A DNA stretch of 64,000 nucleotides, from NCBI RefSeq assembly GCF_964204865.1, contig NC_135264.1, positions 14,260,001-14,324,000 of the forward strand, given 5' to 3'. This document shows, in pieces, positions 12,953-26,189 of this stretch. This DNA is from Styela clava. Taxonomy: Eukaryota. The notes beneath the pieces are model-generated. The model ran no database searches, was not told the origin of the DNA, and saw nothing but the letters and a program-made list of their open reading frames with translations. The first letter of the stretch is position 1, and every line of letters starts with the position of its first letter. A program made the translations under genes and the position numbers.

Positions 12953-13894
12953 AATGCGACTTATATTGGTACAAATTTATTATTCTCTGACCTAACAAAA
13001 TTCGCTTCTTTATCTCAGATTAATCATATTACATGAAAGTTAGGATGAAAATTATTTTTGCATAGACTGACTAATCATGAAAATTCAAAGATTACCCATA
13101 AAAAGCTTAAACTCATAAATCAAGGTCAAATTTACTCCGAAGCCGATTTTTATTGTGGATATCGGACCTAAGAAATCGTTCAAATTTTTTTTCGTCATTA
13201 CCACTCATATGACTTGATCTGTTAATCTTGGATCTGGTGATGCAATTTTTCATTGACTGGGATTAAACGTCTTGTAAATGCATAAATAAATTTAAAAACT
13301 ACAGTTACAGACCAGCCTATATTTAATTTGAAATGACATTTTGCCCAGCAGTTTATGGAAGTTTGTCAAGTGTCACACTACTGCCTAGCCCTGGAAATCT
13401 GATGAATCTGCGATTATTCCACGGTCCGGTTTCAAAATATGCGAGAGTTTATTACCAGCACGAAAGAATTAATCCCAACTATAAACAAACTCTCCCTTTG
13501 CGGAAAAACTACCAATTTTATTATACTTTCCCACCGTTACGTTTCGTTGAAAAATGCTCCTTTTTTGAGCACATACTCGATTATAGATTGCCCAGTACTG
13601 GTAGGTTGTTGTTCTTGTTGCGTGCCATGCAGTCATTTTTACGGCTCGTTGCAACCTTGCTTCGTTGTAATACAAAGATTCATTGTTTTATTGTTTGAGG
13701 GCTTGGGTGTGTGAAAAGTGACTCCTACATAATATGAAAGGCCCTTTCATTTCTACTGAATACTAATTTAGGTGATTGTTGTGTCAAGCCGCAATAATAA
13801 ACAACATCGGATTTTTAATCTTCTGATTTTATCATGGGGAAATTCTTTCACAATCAATTTTATAAAAACCGTGTTAATGCTATCGTTAACTTAC

Positions 13895-13980
13895 ACTGCA
13901 TTGCAGGAGTGAAATAGAAGTAAAAAAACTATTAGAAAGATCGCATGCTGTCCACTAGTAACTTGAGTGGCCAAAGTCAT
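13895..13980 (-). CDS. EMILIN/multimerin-like EMI-domain protein, coding exon 1 (signal peptide MTLATQVTSGQHAIFLIVFLLLFHSCNA)
   Basis: ATG at 13980, hydrophobic signal-peptide-like stretch, ends in phase 2 at a perfect GT|GTAAGT donor; phase-compatible with exon 9134-9202. Confidence 0.85.
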
Positions 13981-16370
13981 TTTCCCTCTCCACACTTTGT
14001 TGTCAGAAAGTTTCGTAACGTTATATTTTGGATTATCAATTAGTTTTAATCCAACGCACTCCAATTTAAATGAATATTCTAGCTCATATGGCGGCCATAT
14101 GATTTTGTAATGCATAAAGTAAACATTAGCGATCACAAAATTTAGTAGTATTTTTTCTTCATGTATATATGCGCGCCGTGAGTTGTTTTTTTTTCGTGAT
14201 AATTTGGCGCCGCGCGAGCAATAGGTTTGGGAACCGCTGCTCTAGTCTAACTCATATGGCCGCCATTGGTTCAACATCATATTGTTTGTAAAATCGGATT
14301 CATTCTCGACAAAATATTTGGACTTCTAAGTATTGTATGTATTCCTGTGGTCACTGGCAGCTCTTCTATCAATACGTTAGTCGCTTCGAGCGAACTTGTA
14401 TAAAACGGTGCAGAAATTGCAGCCATTTTAACTCATTGGACTTAGGCTGAGCAATTATAGAGCTAGGTCTGAGGTGTAAGGTCTGCTAAGTTGCTAACAA
14501 GCGAGAAAGATTCTATATGCGTTATACACATAGCACGCGTCATGTTCAAATACCTCCCACTATGCTCAGGTAATTTGTGATAAACAGTCTGTCATTTTAT
14601 TTGATTCATCATGCACCAATCTTGATGATCTCTAAGTTAAATTCAAAATTAAAGGAAGAAATGTATCATTTCTTCTGGCACGATATGTGGTTGTAATTTG
14701 CATTGGATTTATATTAAATACACATTATCTGCTCGGTCAATTACCCACAGTCGATTCATTTAATAACAAAGTTTTAATATGTCGGAAACTACAAAAGTTG
14801 AGGCTTTTTCTCGGCGTGCCTATACTAATGATTCTTTATCTCATCTTAGATAGTGGTTACCCTTAGACAAACTGTCATTTTCGCGCGGTTAAAAGCATCA
14901 TTAGTGACATGTCATCCTTATTTATAGATCTATATGAGACAAGATAATTTACAAACTTGGTTTCCGATTTTGAATAAAGTACAAACATAAGGTCGCGAGT
15001 TCGAATCTGAGCAATGTCAAAAGGTGACCTGTTTTGATATTGAGGTATAGTGTATGTTTCTTTTTAAATCTAATTCTCCCTCGTGTCGAATATAAACGTC
15101 TTTATTAATCCGTCATACGCTTACGTGGCTTTGACAGATGTCATAAATTAAATACCAATATGAGTGAGTAATGTTGGGAAACTTAGATCGCAGGCACAGC
15201 CATGGACAAATGTAACTAAGAATCCAGGTTGAGAAATTTGGATATTTTTGCAGGTGTTGTATATTAAATTATAGCGAATTATAAAAACGTTCTTGCTTTT
15301 ATTGTCCGCGGCATCGGCATAAAAACCCCGAATTCGAGTTATTTTATCACATTTTGGGTTTGACCACAATTTTCAATTTAAAAAACGACATTTTTATTAT
15401 TATTCATAATATTATTCTTTGACAAAAAATAACATGAATTATGTGCAATTGAAGTCAAAAGTATTGGCAAATCAAAACTTTTATCAAGAATCGACGATTT
15501 ATTCAACAATTTGCACGGAAAATGTTAATAATGGTATTTAATAATTTAATAAAACTATAGCCTGCGGCAAAGTTAGCAAGTTGAAGTGTCATAATTGAAT
15601 ATGTCGATGCCAGAATTTTTAAGTTCAATTCTCGAATTTAATCCGAATATCTGCAAAGATATGACTATGGAACATAAAGGACAATCTGTCACATGATTTT
15701 CGAATTCGGGTAGCATTGACTTATTTCACAATTTAAAGGTAGAATGGCGATTTTCATTCGTAAAGGTGTAAAAATTTGAATAATATATTTTTTGTGGACA
15801 GAAAAGGCGTACCCGAAGAGGAGCTACTAAGTGGGCCATAAAAATGAATTCTCATTTGTGGAAACGATATAGCGTACAATATATATATATACCTGTACAT
15901 GACAATGTCATTGAGCCTAATCACACAGTAAATATATGATGATTCTGCAAAGCCGCATGTTAAATTCTAAGACAAATATTTCCCGTCAATGTTTTATATT
16001 GCCTTGCACACTTACCCGCGAAAAGATAGTGAATTGCAGCTATCGAGTTCGTTGCAATGGTTGCCGAATTGAACAGATGGAGATTCGGCAATGCGTGTTA
16101 TTTTAGATTTGCAATCGACTTTATTCTTGTAAAATATCTAGGGTTTACAGTACACGAATCCACTGACTTAGTGCACACCTCTTAGTACATATATATATAT
16201 ATATTCTATTTTTTGTTATTTCGTGAGATGTTGTACAGTTCCACCCCGAACAAGAACTTTAGAAGTAGTCAAATATTTATCGGTCAGATTTGCCTACTCA
16301 ATCTGTTAAACCCAGTCAAGGGATTTCAACCCGTCTTTAACGTTCAGCTACTTGACTTGATTTTGAAAAT

Positions 16371-16659
16371 GTGAGTTGGTAAATTACGGCCCGGGGGGGT
16401 GAATCCGGCCCACCGAATTGTTTCATCCGGCCTACTTGTGTCTGCTAAAATTACGACTATAGTTTTCATGGATATAAATATCCGCTGAAAATATCTTCAT
16501 AATAATCACGATTGTTACAGTGTGCTTCTTATTATTATATAAACATTAGCCTAGCTGTTGTGAATAAGCTGTGTTTTTTTTTCATATTGAGTTTTGGGCC
16601 GAACCAAGTTTATTATCTGTAACTGGCCCCCTCAGAAGAAAAGTGATTGCCCACTACTG
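16371..16659. mobile_element. Degenerate hAT MITE
   Basis: acggcccggggggg...atccggccc subterminal repeats; right end ttgcccactactg. Confidence 0.6.
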
Positions 16660-17651
16660 CAGTCTACTTGCATTTGTAATACTGCTGTGCAAACACAATT
16701 TTGTTTGCATTTGTACATTTAAATATTAATTCTGCAACTCTGAGAAAGCTTGTTGTATATGGTTGCAACTATTCTTGGAAATTGTATACATGGTCTACTT
16801 TCATAAACCACCAATATAAACACGTGTTTCCACATCTTAAACGTAAACGGTGTTGCCAGATATTAAAATATTTACTAAAGCACAACTCGCACACACAGCA
16901 CGAGTAATGGAAATTTGCATAATTTTATGTCAATTTTCAATAGTTACATTGAGACCAAGTCTGGCAACATTTCAGTAGTAGTTTTCCTTTCTATGCGTTC
17001 AAGCTAGACTGCATGGCTGGGGAATGCTTCATGCTCGATAGGAAAATAATACATGGTTTTTCCCTTAATCTTCTAAGATTTCTAATCCTATTTAAGGGGA
17101 AATTTTAAACTTTAAATTTGCGTTCAGTAGCGAAATATGATTTAAATTGAAGGAGAATGCTTAGCGGCATGTTTTATGGGAAAATTATTATTAAGAGGTC
17201 AGAGTGGGTGCAGAGCCTTTGAAAATCGGAATTTACAGTAAACTGGGTTAAGTATTTTATCTTTTGACATATCCGTGCATTGACTCGCGAGAAGTATAGT
17301 GAAAGTCTCAATTTCCTCAATGAATTATGCCATAGGCACGTATATATAATCTTTGAAACTAGCGCGTGGCTCGGAGGGGCAAAAAGCATTTATCCATGCT
17401 CAACTAAATAAAATGTTTCCATTATTTTTTTGAGATTGATGAAGTACCAACTTACTCAAAACTAGCCACGGCCAGAGAAATATCTTCCATATATACAGCG
17501 TTGTAGTTTCTATTAAATCTTCCCTACAAGGGCTTTGGGTTTCACGAGCGTTATGGGTAAAAGTTAGAAGCAAACTGCCTGCCCCAGTGGACCTATCTTT
17601 GATTTTTGAGCTATGTGGGTGTAGAATATGGAACAAAGCCCCAAACTCTCT

Positions 17652-17732
17652 TCAGCCATCTAAAAATTTGATTTTTTCATATGAGCGAATATGGTGAGAG
17701 GTTGACCTCGATGACGGTCGTATTGCTCCTCC
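17652..17732 (-). CDS. Candidate terminal coding exon (GGAIRPSSRSTSHHIRSYEKIKFLDG*)
   Basis: Acceptor tcacttttgtttggacag|, phase-0 frame open with A/T-ending codons to TGA at 17654-17652. Confidence 0.45.
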   Translation of the reverse strand, partial: GGAIRPSSRSTSHHIRSYEKIKFLDG

Positions 17733-20700
17733 CTGTCCAAACAAAAGTGATTTTTTTGTTTTTACTTTTTTACTGCGTTGATGACCGTATTTTTTGGTTG
17801 ACAAAATAATATATATTTCTCTTTTAGAAGGGCCGACAAGTTAAGTCACAATTTGTGGTCAATTTTAGAATCTGTTGGTACAGATGCTTCACAACTAAAT
17901 TTAGGTGACATTTCTGTAATTGTAAGTCAGAATATACAAGAGGAAGGAAATGTTACGTTCTCCCGTCGATTTTATTTCCAAACAAGTTGTAACTATTTTA
18001 TTTCAGAGGAAGTTCAAACACCTGCCTTATTACGGGTGCACTTTGGCCATATCTGGCCCCATTCATAGATCGTTATTGACATCTGTTGGCCATATGAGAT
18101 ATGATTAGGTTTTATCATCCAATTTCCTCACCGGTATTTCTTTTGTCATTAAGGCTATTGTTACTTATTAGTTCAGGAAGTGGTTTTGTTCCCATAGTAA
18201 AGTTCATTCATAAAATTCAAGTCCTTCAATTTACCTTTATCGAGGCAATTATGTTTATCTCAAAGGTGGCCACGGAACAAAAATGTCTTTAACTTAGACT
18301 CAGTGTAAGCGGATTTACAATTTCACGAGTAAAAATAATTATTTGCTTTCATTCTGTGTTCTCTACATTATAGTAGGTAATTGCTCAACAAAATACTAAG
18401 AGTTTTATGAGTTCGGTGGTAAATTTTATTTTCTACTGCTCGGAATGTTTCAAAGCAATATTAGTTCCGTTCTTGCTTAAGTGACCGCCAAATGCATAAG
18501 CGAACAACATAATGTAAACACAATACAAATGCGTACGTGCACGTATGTTTGTTTGCTTTGCAATATTTACATCATGGGGCTGTATTTATTCACGATATCA
18601 GAGAAGCATATATATTTTTCGCAAAATGCGTCATATATTCGATATAGACTTGCAAAAAATGGTAGTAATTTGACGTTTGCTCCCATGGTTTGGTTTCGAC
18701 GTTTGCTCTCTAATTAGCAATAACTACTGCAAGCACCAAGGCTGGTCTGGTATCGCACACCATAAGAGAAGGATGATTTATTTTGATTCATTATTGCATT
18801 TTTGTAACTGTTAAATCTATCATCTGGGTGTCTTACCAGGTTAGATACGGTTCAGCAACAAAATAATAAACTTCTGAAGATTTCGAAACGCAACTTTAAC
18901 ACTCTAACTGCATTAATAGACCACCAAGGTGTAAACCATTCCAACTTTCCCAAAAGCAAATATACCTTGACACTTTAATTGCTAAGTTATTGACTTTAAA
19001 GATTAAATTACTTTGCTGCGATTTGTTTTTTCATGGCCATAGGTAACTTGCATAAGACTAATACCTAAGCAATAGTTCTTTCAAATAAATTAACTCTTGG
19101 TTCAAACAAAAAGCACTTACCAGAAGGTAATTTGTCAAGAAAGTAACACAATCAAATGTGTTTCACAAATTTACACAATAACGAGGTAATTTGATAAAAC
19201 TTAAACATATAAATGGGTTTCGATTTCATTGGATTATCAATGGTTTATTTGTTTCAAATAACAAAAGTTATTCTTGTATCGGATTTCAGAAAGTGGGCAG
19301 ACAGGGTGGAGACAAATAAGTTTACAATACACTGAAACACAGCTATACATTCTACTAAGTTATTTCTGAGGACTCGTTGTTTAAAATACACTGTTTCTAA
19401 AAGAATAACTTCACTTTGTCGTAGACTCGACAACTAGAATATTTACTAGAATGTTTTTACATACAGGAGACAACTTAGAATAAAACTCATGTTCAAAATT
19501 ATTTAAAAAGGGATATCTTTGTTTAAAATGTGTTTGGTTGGATGATTTATTTATTTTATTCAACTGACGCGATATAATGCATTAGCTTTGTGAAAATTGA
19601 TGTGAAAAACAATATTTATACTTATAAATTCTATGACACAGCCATAAGTAATATTAATTCAACCAAAAAATACCTGTTTGCCAAGACGGAGTGTTATTAA
19701 CGTCACTTCTTGCATGACGTAATTAAACAAAACATCAACAGTTCAGGTGGCCAAACGATGACAACCAATCAACGACAATGGCTTGTCAAAACTTATCATA
19801 ATCGACTTTGTACAAACCACAGTAAAAGGGAGCTTTAAACTGTTCCGTCATTGAGTAAAAAACTGGTCACGTGATATCTAACTGGGTGGTACATTTGAAC
19901 GTTGCATCGTTTAACAATTGTTTAAGATTAGATCAGTATATTTGTAGTCTGTCATTATGCGGCAATTACAGGCCGCCAATATGAACCTTCAACTCGGAGA
20001 TTGTATTTAACAATATTTTATTGGTCTACGATCATTTAAAATAAAAATAAATAAAATTAAGTAATATGATTTATGACTGTAAACTAGAAAATATTAGATA
20101 TGAGAAAGTACTTTGAATCAACCCTAGAAAAATAAATACAACAAAGTTTTCACCTCATAAAAATATCGCATGGATACCTTGTTAATGAGAAAAAAGAGGG
20201 TCGAAATGTTAAAAGAAAACTATCAGAAATTTTGTCCTTTTTTCGTTGCTTTTCATTTTTTTTGCTATTCATATTATAATTTGCTAAAATCAGCTTGGTA
20301 TAACTTTATTTGATATCAGGGTATATTTCTCCCCAGTGAAATGGGTTACAAATTTCAAATGTTTGAAATTTTGTTTCGACTGCAGTCTATAATCTGTGTA
20401 TTGTAAACTTGGATGAAAGGAGATCTAGTGAGATTCATCAATTAAATCTGACACTTGGCGGCGTATTTTGTCTCACTGCCATGGCAACTCATTGGATTTA
20501 AGATTTTATTCCAAACTTGATGTATAATGTCGAATAATATTTTTGCTACATTTTTAAAATTTTACTGTTGTGCAAAAAATTACCGCACTTTTACAAACCA
20601 TTACGTCATGATAAAAAAGTGAAATTGTTTGTTTTCAAAACAGAAAATCGCCTAGACGGCTTAGGCTTGTCAAAATTTCTTTATAGTTTATCTCCAAATC

Positions 20701-22897
20701 ATGCGAGAGCGTTCAAAATTGAAGTTTCTATACTTTTGGCCCAGGGTGGTTCGATCAGGAAAATGGAAAAGGATTAGTGAATACGCTAACGACCTACAGA
20801 CGTTTATGATGATAACATGCGTCGGAACCGGAAGATACGTCTCTCATTGCAGCGTGCGGTTTATAAAATATTGCGTAAATCTTAGAATCTTGTTTTTCTG
20901 CGGAGGCGGATAATTACGAAAGCTTGAAAACATGCTACATCACTTCATACGGTCGTTTTGATAAGCGTGGATTTGCGCTGATAAAACTGTAAAAATTATA
21001 TTGAAAATAAAATTCTCCCACTTGGATCACATTGGCTTTTCATTCATAAATGAGTGTTGCTGGTAAATAATAATTTGAAAAAAATTAGCAAAGTTCATAA
21101 AGCTTTGTAAGCATCTTTTTATTAGCGACACTCAAATGCCAATTTTTCCGAAACCCTGTAGAATTACACACCAGTTGTCAATTGGCGCGAATTTTCTCAT
21201 GAACTACTCAATTCTCAATATATCTTAACTAGGTTTGTTGTGTTTCAGTCGGTAATTGTTTTAGTATTTTTACGTTATTTAATATATCTGTAAGGGCCAA
21301 AACAATATATATGGTATCGATAAATTCCCTTTGCAATTAAAAAAAAAATGTTGAGACCGTATGAACACCCTATATATCTACAAGAACCGAAATAGCGTAG
21401 CATAGTAAATTCATTACACTATCCATCAAAAGTTGTGCATGGCCACTGAACTCAATATAATCAACATAACGTTGATTTTTATAAAAACAAAACTGCTGAA
21501 ACGCAGATTATGTGCGATTAGCATTCGCTTCTATAAGATCCGGATGTAAAGTAGAATTTAATTTGTGTGAGTAAATTTTTTGTTTATTTTTGTTTTCATC
21601 ATAACACTATAGACATAATACTCTAAAATTCAAGATGTACACGATTTTCACGGGATTATCTGGCAATTTTTGCAAAACAATTTTCTCGCTATTTTCGGAA
21701 AATTCGAAATCTGTTTACGCTATTCACTTCACTATGAGCCATGGATAAAAGCATTTTTATGGATACGCCATCCATGTACAGATTCTGGATATGAACTCGT
21801 AAATATTCTTTGAAAAGTTGAAATTTTCAGGCAACATAAATCATTTCAGATAAAATCTACACCTTAAGTGAGCTGTCAAATAGTAGCATCGATTGTTAAC
21901 ATCAAGACAATATCGAGCCATGAATCTTTATTCGCATGTACACGGTTTCTCTATTTCTAACAATAGTGTCTTTGCTAAGTGTTGAAAGTATTTATTGAAA
22001 TTGTTTTCTTGATTTAAAGCCCAACATAAATTCCCATTTTGTTCAATTATTTGCAGTCGCTATTGAAGTGCGTGTAATGTTTTATACCAACCACCGGATT
22101 GCATTTCATTCAATCATCGCCAAAAGCTCATCTCAAATACCCGTTATTCTGATTTTTATCTGGCAATTAGCAGCAGCGACGTTATTTTTCTCTTATATAA
22201 TTCTCAAATCGAAACCGGATATTTTTATAGCGCTAGGAGCGACTCACTACACCACAATTGAGGGACAAAAGTTTATGTGGTAGAAGCGTTACTTCACATG
22301 CAATGGAACACCATATCTGTCAACGGGTTCAACGGTGCACGCAGGACAAGTCACATTAAGGCTACCCTCTAATAAAAATGGCGCAGAAGGTGAACGCAAT
22401 TTCAAAATTTGTTATAAGTCATTACTGAGTTCAAAGGTATGCAATAATACGCAATCATCATGTTAATTCCCACCGGTGAACAAACTTAATATGCGGGTGG
22501 CGCAACCATGTGAAGACTTCTATTCCTTCGGTGACGTCATAGAAGGTATGTACGTCGGAAATTTTTATCTTCCTCAGTCGAATAACGTTTGGCCGACTGT
22601 TTAGCAATGCTAGGTTTGACTCAAATAACGAGTTTCATGTGTTTACCATACCTAAATTTATAGGAAATTTGTTCCGACCGAGTCGTTTTACCCAAGGGAA
22701 GGCTTTAGTGTAAAAACATCCCGTCGGTCAAGAATAGCGCAAGAAGCGTTGAGTGATGATCTCCTAACACACGGTTATTCTTTGATTTTCTATCTGTTAC
22801 CAATGTTGTTTTGTCAAATTATGAAATTAGATCTCTAGCAGCTGATTCCCAAGATGCAAATTAATCACCTCACCGTGAGGAAACTTCATAAACAGAC

Positions 22898-22932
22898 CTG
22901 ACCCGGAGAAACGAAAGTGTATTTCTTTCTAC
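22898..22932 (-). CDS. Candidate next exon of the same gene ((R)RKKYTFVSPGQ)
   Basis: Acceptor gaattttccag|, continues the phase-1 frame from 26120; donor CAG|gtctgt (alternative exon ends at 22903 and 22874). Confidence 0.45.
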
Positions 22933-25900
22933 CTGGAAAATTCAAATCATGTTCACATGAGTTTAACAGTTTGTTTTCGCGAGGAGAAGAGAAAAATTGC
23001 ATTTGAATGCCCAGAAAGTGGCTTATATGATCGGCCAAATAAATAACACATTTTATATATCATGAGTTACAAATAGTTTTATCACTAATAGCAAAATATC
23101 TACCGGCTTTTTCGTAAACACCCTTCTAACATGAAAAGCTGGAGAGCATACTGAGTTTGCAAGCGTAAAGGTTTTGTGTTCAGTAACTCCGCTGTTAAGT
23201 AATTATCGCCCCATACCGCGACATTCGCTTGTTCCAGGGTGTGATTGGGTGGCTCAGTATTCCAAAGCAGTTGCCACCTTAGGGCAATACAAAATTTTAT
23301 CTTTTCATTTTTATTGTGTATACATACGTAATGATTCAAAGAATTGTACGTTATGTCGTAATCCAAATATACATATGTTGTAGAAGTCTAAATATAAAAT
23401 CTTACCAAAACTTTTATTGCGACCTCAAACATAAGATTTTTCCACAAACATGACAATGTTTATATACAACAGGATATATCAAATAGTCATTTATTCGTTT
23501 TTCAGATTTGAGCGAAGTATGGTCCCGCATAAATTGATGTACATTGTGGTGGTCTCGTAAAAACGTCTTATAGACGTATTTCACAGTTTATACGCTGTTC
23601 TTATGTTTACATTGTATTTTATCGCCGCAATCACAGTTTGTGACGGGTTTCACCGCGCTATACGTGGGCTGTGAAAAAGCCCACCTCTGAGTCACGAATG
23701 TTCCACAGGCCATATTTTTTGAATGGTACTAAAACCAAATAAAAACATCTTTGAGTTTGGTTAATCTTTAACTGTAGCTTCGCGTTAAATGAAACATGGT
23801 CTATTTTGGACCAAACATGGCATATTTCACTGTTATCGAAATTTTGTCACCACATTGCGGCGTTTCTTTGATTTATGTGAATTGGGCAAAGGTAAACTCT
23901 AATAAAGCAAATATGCTTTAAATCCGGAAACCCCTTTTGTAATACTATTTCAGTAAAACGCTGTATGTTTTGATTTGGCCACTTTGCTTTTGGCAAGATC
24001 ATCTAATAACTACACTCGCATTATACAAACATTTCTTTCACTACAACGAGTTTAAAGGTAATTTCTGGTCAATCACTGCGCCTCGATCGGACGGAGTTCA
24101 TGGTTCACTTTAAGAACTTATGTCCTTTTGTATTTTGGTACCATACTAGAATCTGTTGTACGTACGAGACTATATCTGGTTCTTAATAAAAAGTAGAGAC
24201 ATTGCTGGTGTGTTATGTTTATACAGCCAATCTAACATTTTAAAGTGAGCTTCCAAACTCAAGGAATATTTGTAACAAGTCAGGCTTTATTTATTTGATA
24301 ATTATTACTACAATGTTAGGTAATTGGATCAAGCAAACCTTCTTCAGTTAGTTCAACAAGTTGTTTATCATATAATCGCAGTAACTTTTGACATTTTAGT
24401 GATAGCTCATAGATTAATATATATATGTATATTTCAAAAAGACGGAAAAATGCGAAACTTTTCCTAACTCAGAAATCCGGATGAATTTTATGAAATTTAT
24501 TTGTACGTTAAACGTTATTCAAATTACGCCATCTCATACCACATTGCCACAAAATTACAACAAGACAATCAACAGGATTATACCCATATAAGGGCATAAG
24601 TGAGTCCATGACCTTCAAATGTTCAACTTTCACCCCTTGGGGTCAAGGGTCAAACTTTCGCGTTTGACGTATACACAACTATAAGACTCGTATCAATAAA
24701 CATACTCAACTTCCTGCCTACGCCGGTAACAAGTATTACGACATTCACGTCATTCAAAAATCCGTCAAATTTATATTATAGCTATAGAACTATACATTTG
24801 AACGTTTGCACCCCCGTTAAGATATATATAAATATAATTGAATGCGGTATTTCCATATCGATGTTTGTATGGGAAACCAGGCGGCGTTCACTGACTACAA
24901 AATGCAACACCTTTAACCTTGCAACCTCTGAGTAACCTATTTTCTCGTCCGAACTCTTTAGGCAAATTTCAATCTGAGGTTTCTGTTCGAAATCGTGAAA
25001 CAAACTTCATTCATAAAACTGTTTAATGAGCTTTAAATGAAAGCATGTTTGTTACATTATCAACAAACCACTCAAAAATAAGAATGTGACTAGTTGCACT
25101 AAATTGTGGCTGATTTACTCAAGCCCGTCGCCTAGCCCTGGTTTGTAATGAATTGAGAAGGGTTTAAATCAGGTAGTTGAATGCAAAACACAAAAGAAAG
25201 TCAATCATTTGAAAATTGGTCACACAGTTTACCCGAAAAGCTTATGAAATATAGCTTTGTCTGTATGAGATTCATTTGGAAATCACTAGATGTAGTACAT
25301 TATTAACAATTAAACTTCATACATTAGAAGATGGAATCAACGCGCCCTAACTAGACATCACACAAGTTTGATCCTAGCTTGTAGGTCAGATCATTAAGAA
25401 TTTAGCATTATAGCACTAATGATATAATTAAAAGCGGTGATCAGATACGTACCGACTACAAGGCGTAGTTGTATCCAATAAATTATTGCTGATTCAATAG
25501 AAAATGATCTAAAACTTCATATCATAATATAAATACATTTATACTACAGTTTCCTATCGAAGTTCATGCCCGTACACAAGTCATTATGTCATGTTTAATC
25601 CGCCATTAATATTAGATTAAATCATAATCCAACGAGCATGACCCCACGCATTGACATGACCTATGACCTCTCGTACACGGAACAGGAAACCTTCACGAAG
25701 ATAGATATCTTTTTCGTGATTTAATATCATTAGTAATGAGGAAAATATGCACTAAATACTTATAACCAAGTTTTGGAACAAGATTGATAGTAAATATCAA
25801 GTTTCGATACCGCAAGAAATTATTCGGAGTTCAATTTCTGGCGATGACTTTTTGTGGTTTCGAAAATATTCAAAAATTGTGAACCATTTGAAATATTTTA

Positions 25901-26119
25901 TGAGATTTCTAATTTTCATATTTACTCCTGACAATATCTAAACATTTTCTATATTCAAGAATTTCATTGGGCATACTATGAATTAAATTTGACTAAGAAA
26001 ATCTCAGTCTTCAATTCACAAACCGTCCAGATCCAGAGGCACCCAAAAGAGATGAAGATAGCGTGAAATCGCTACAGCAAAATTACGAAAAAAAAAGTTA
26101 TTCAAGCGTGTAAACTTAC

Positions 26120-26189
26120 GAGGCTGTTCTTCCGCTGCTGCTCCTGCTCCCGCTTGGAATCTTCTTTCTTGCGCTGTAGGCTGTCGCGG
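26120..26189 (-). CDS. Internal exon of an unannotated spliced gene (favoured frame PRQPTAQERRFQAGAGAAAEEQP)
   Basis: GC-rich 70-nt island between polypyrimidine acceptor ttcatttcttctacatcag| and donor |gtaagt; favoured frame has GC3 7/23, versus 19/23 for the alternative frame RDSLQRKKED... Confidence 0.65.

Noticed and set aside
13333-13714. Overlapping 68-121-aa ORFs
   Set aside because: Intronic to the EMILIN-like gene, no homology, composition typical of chance ORFs
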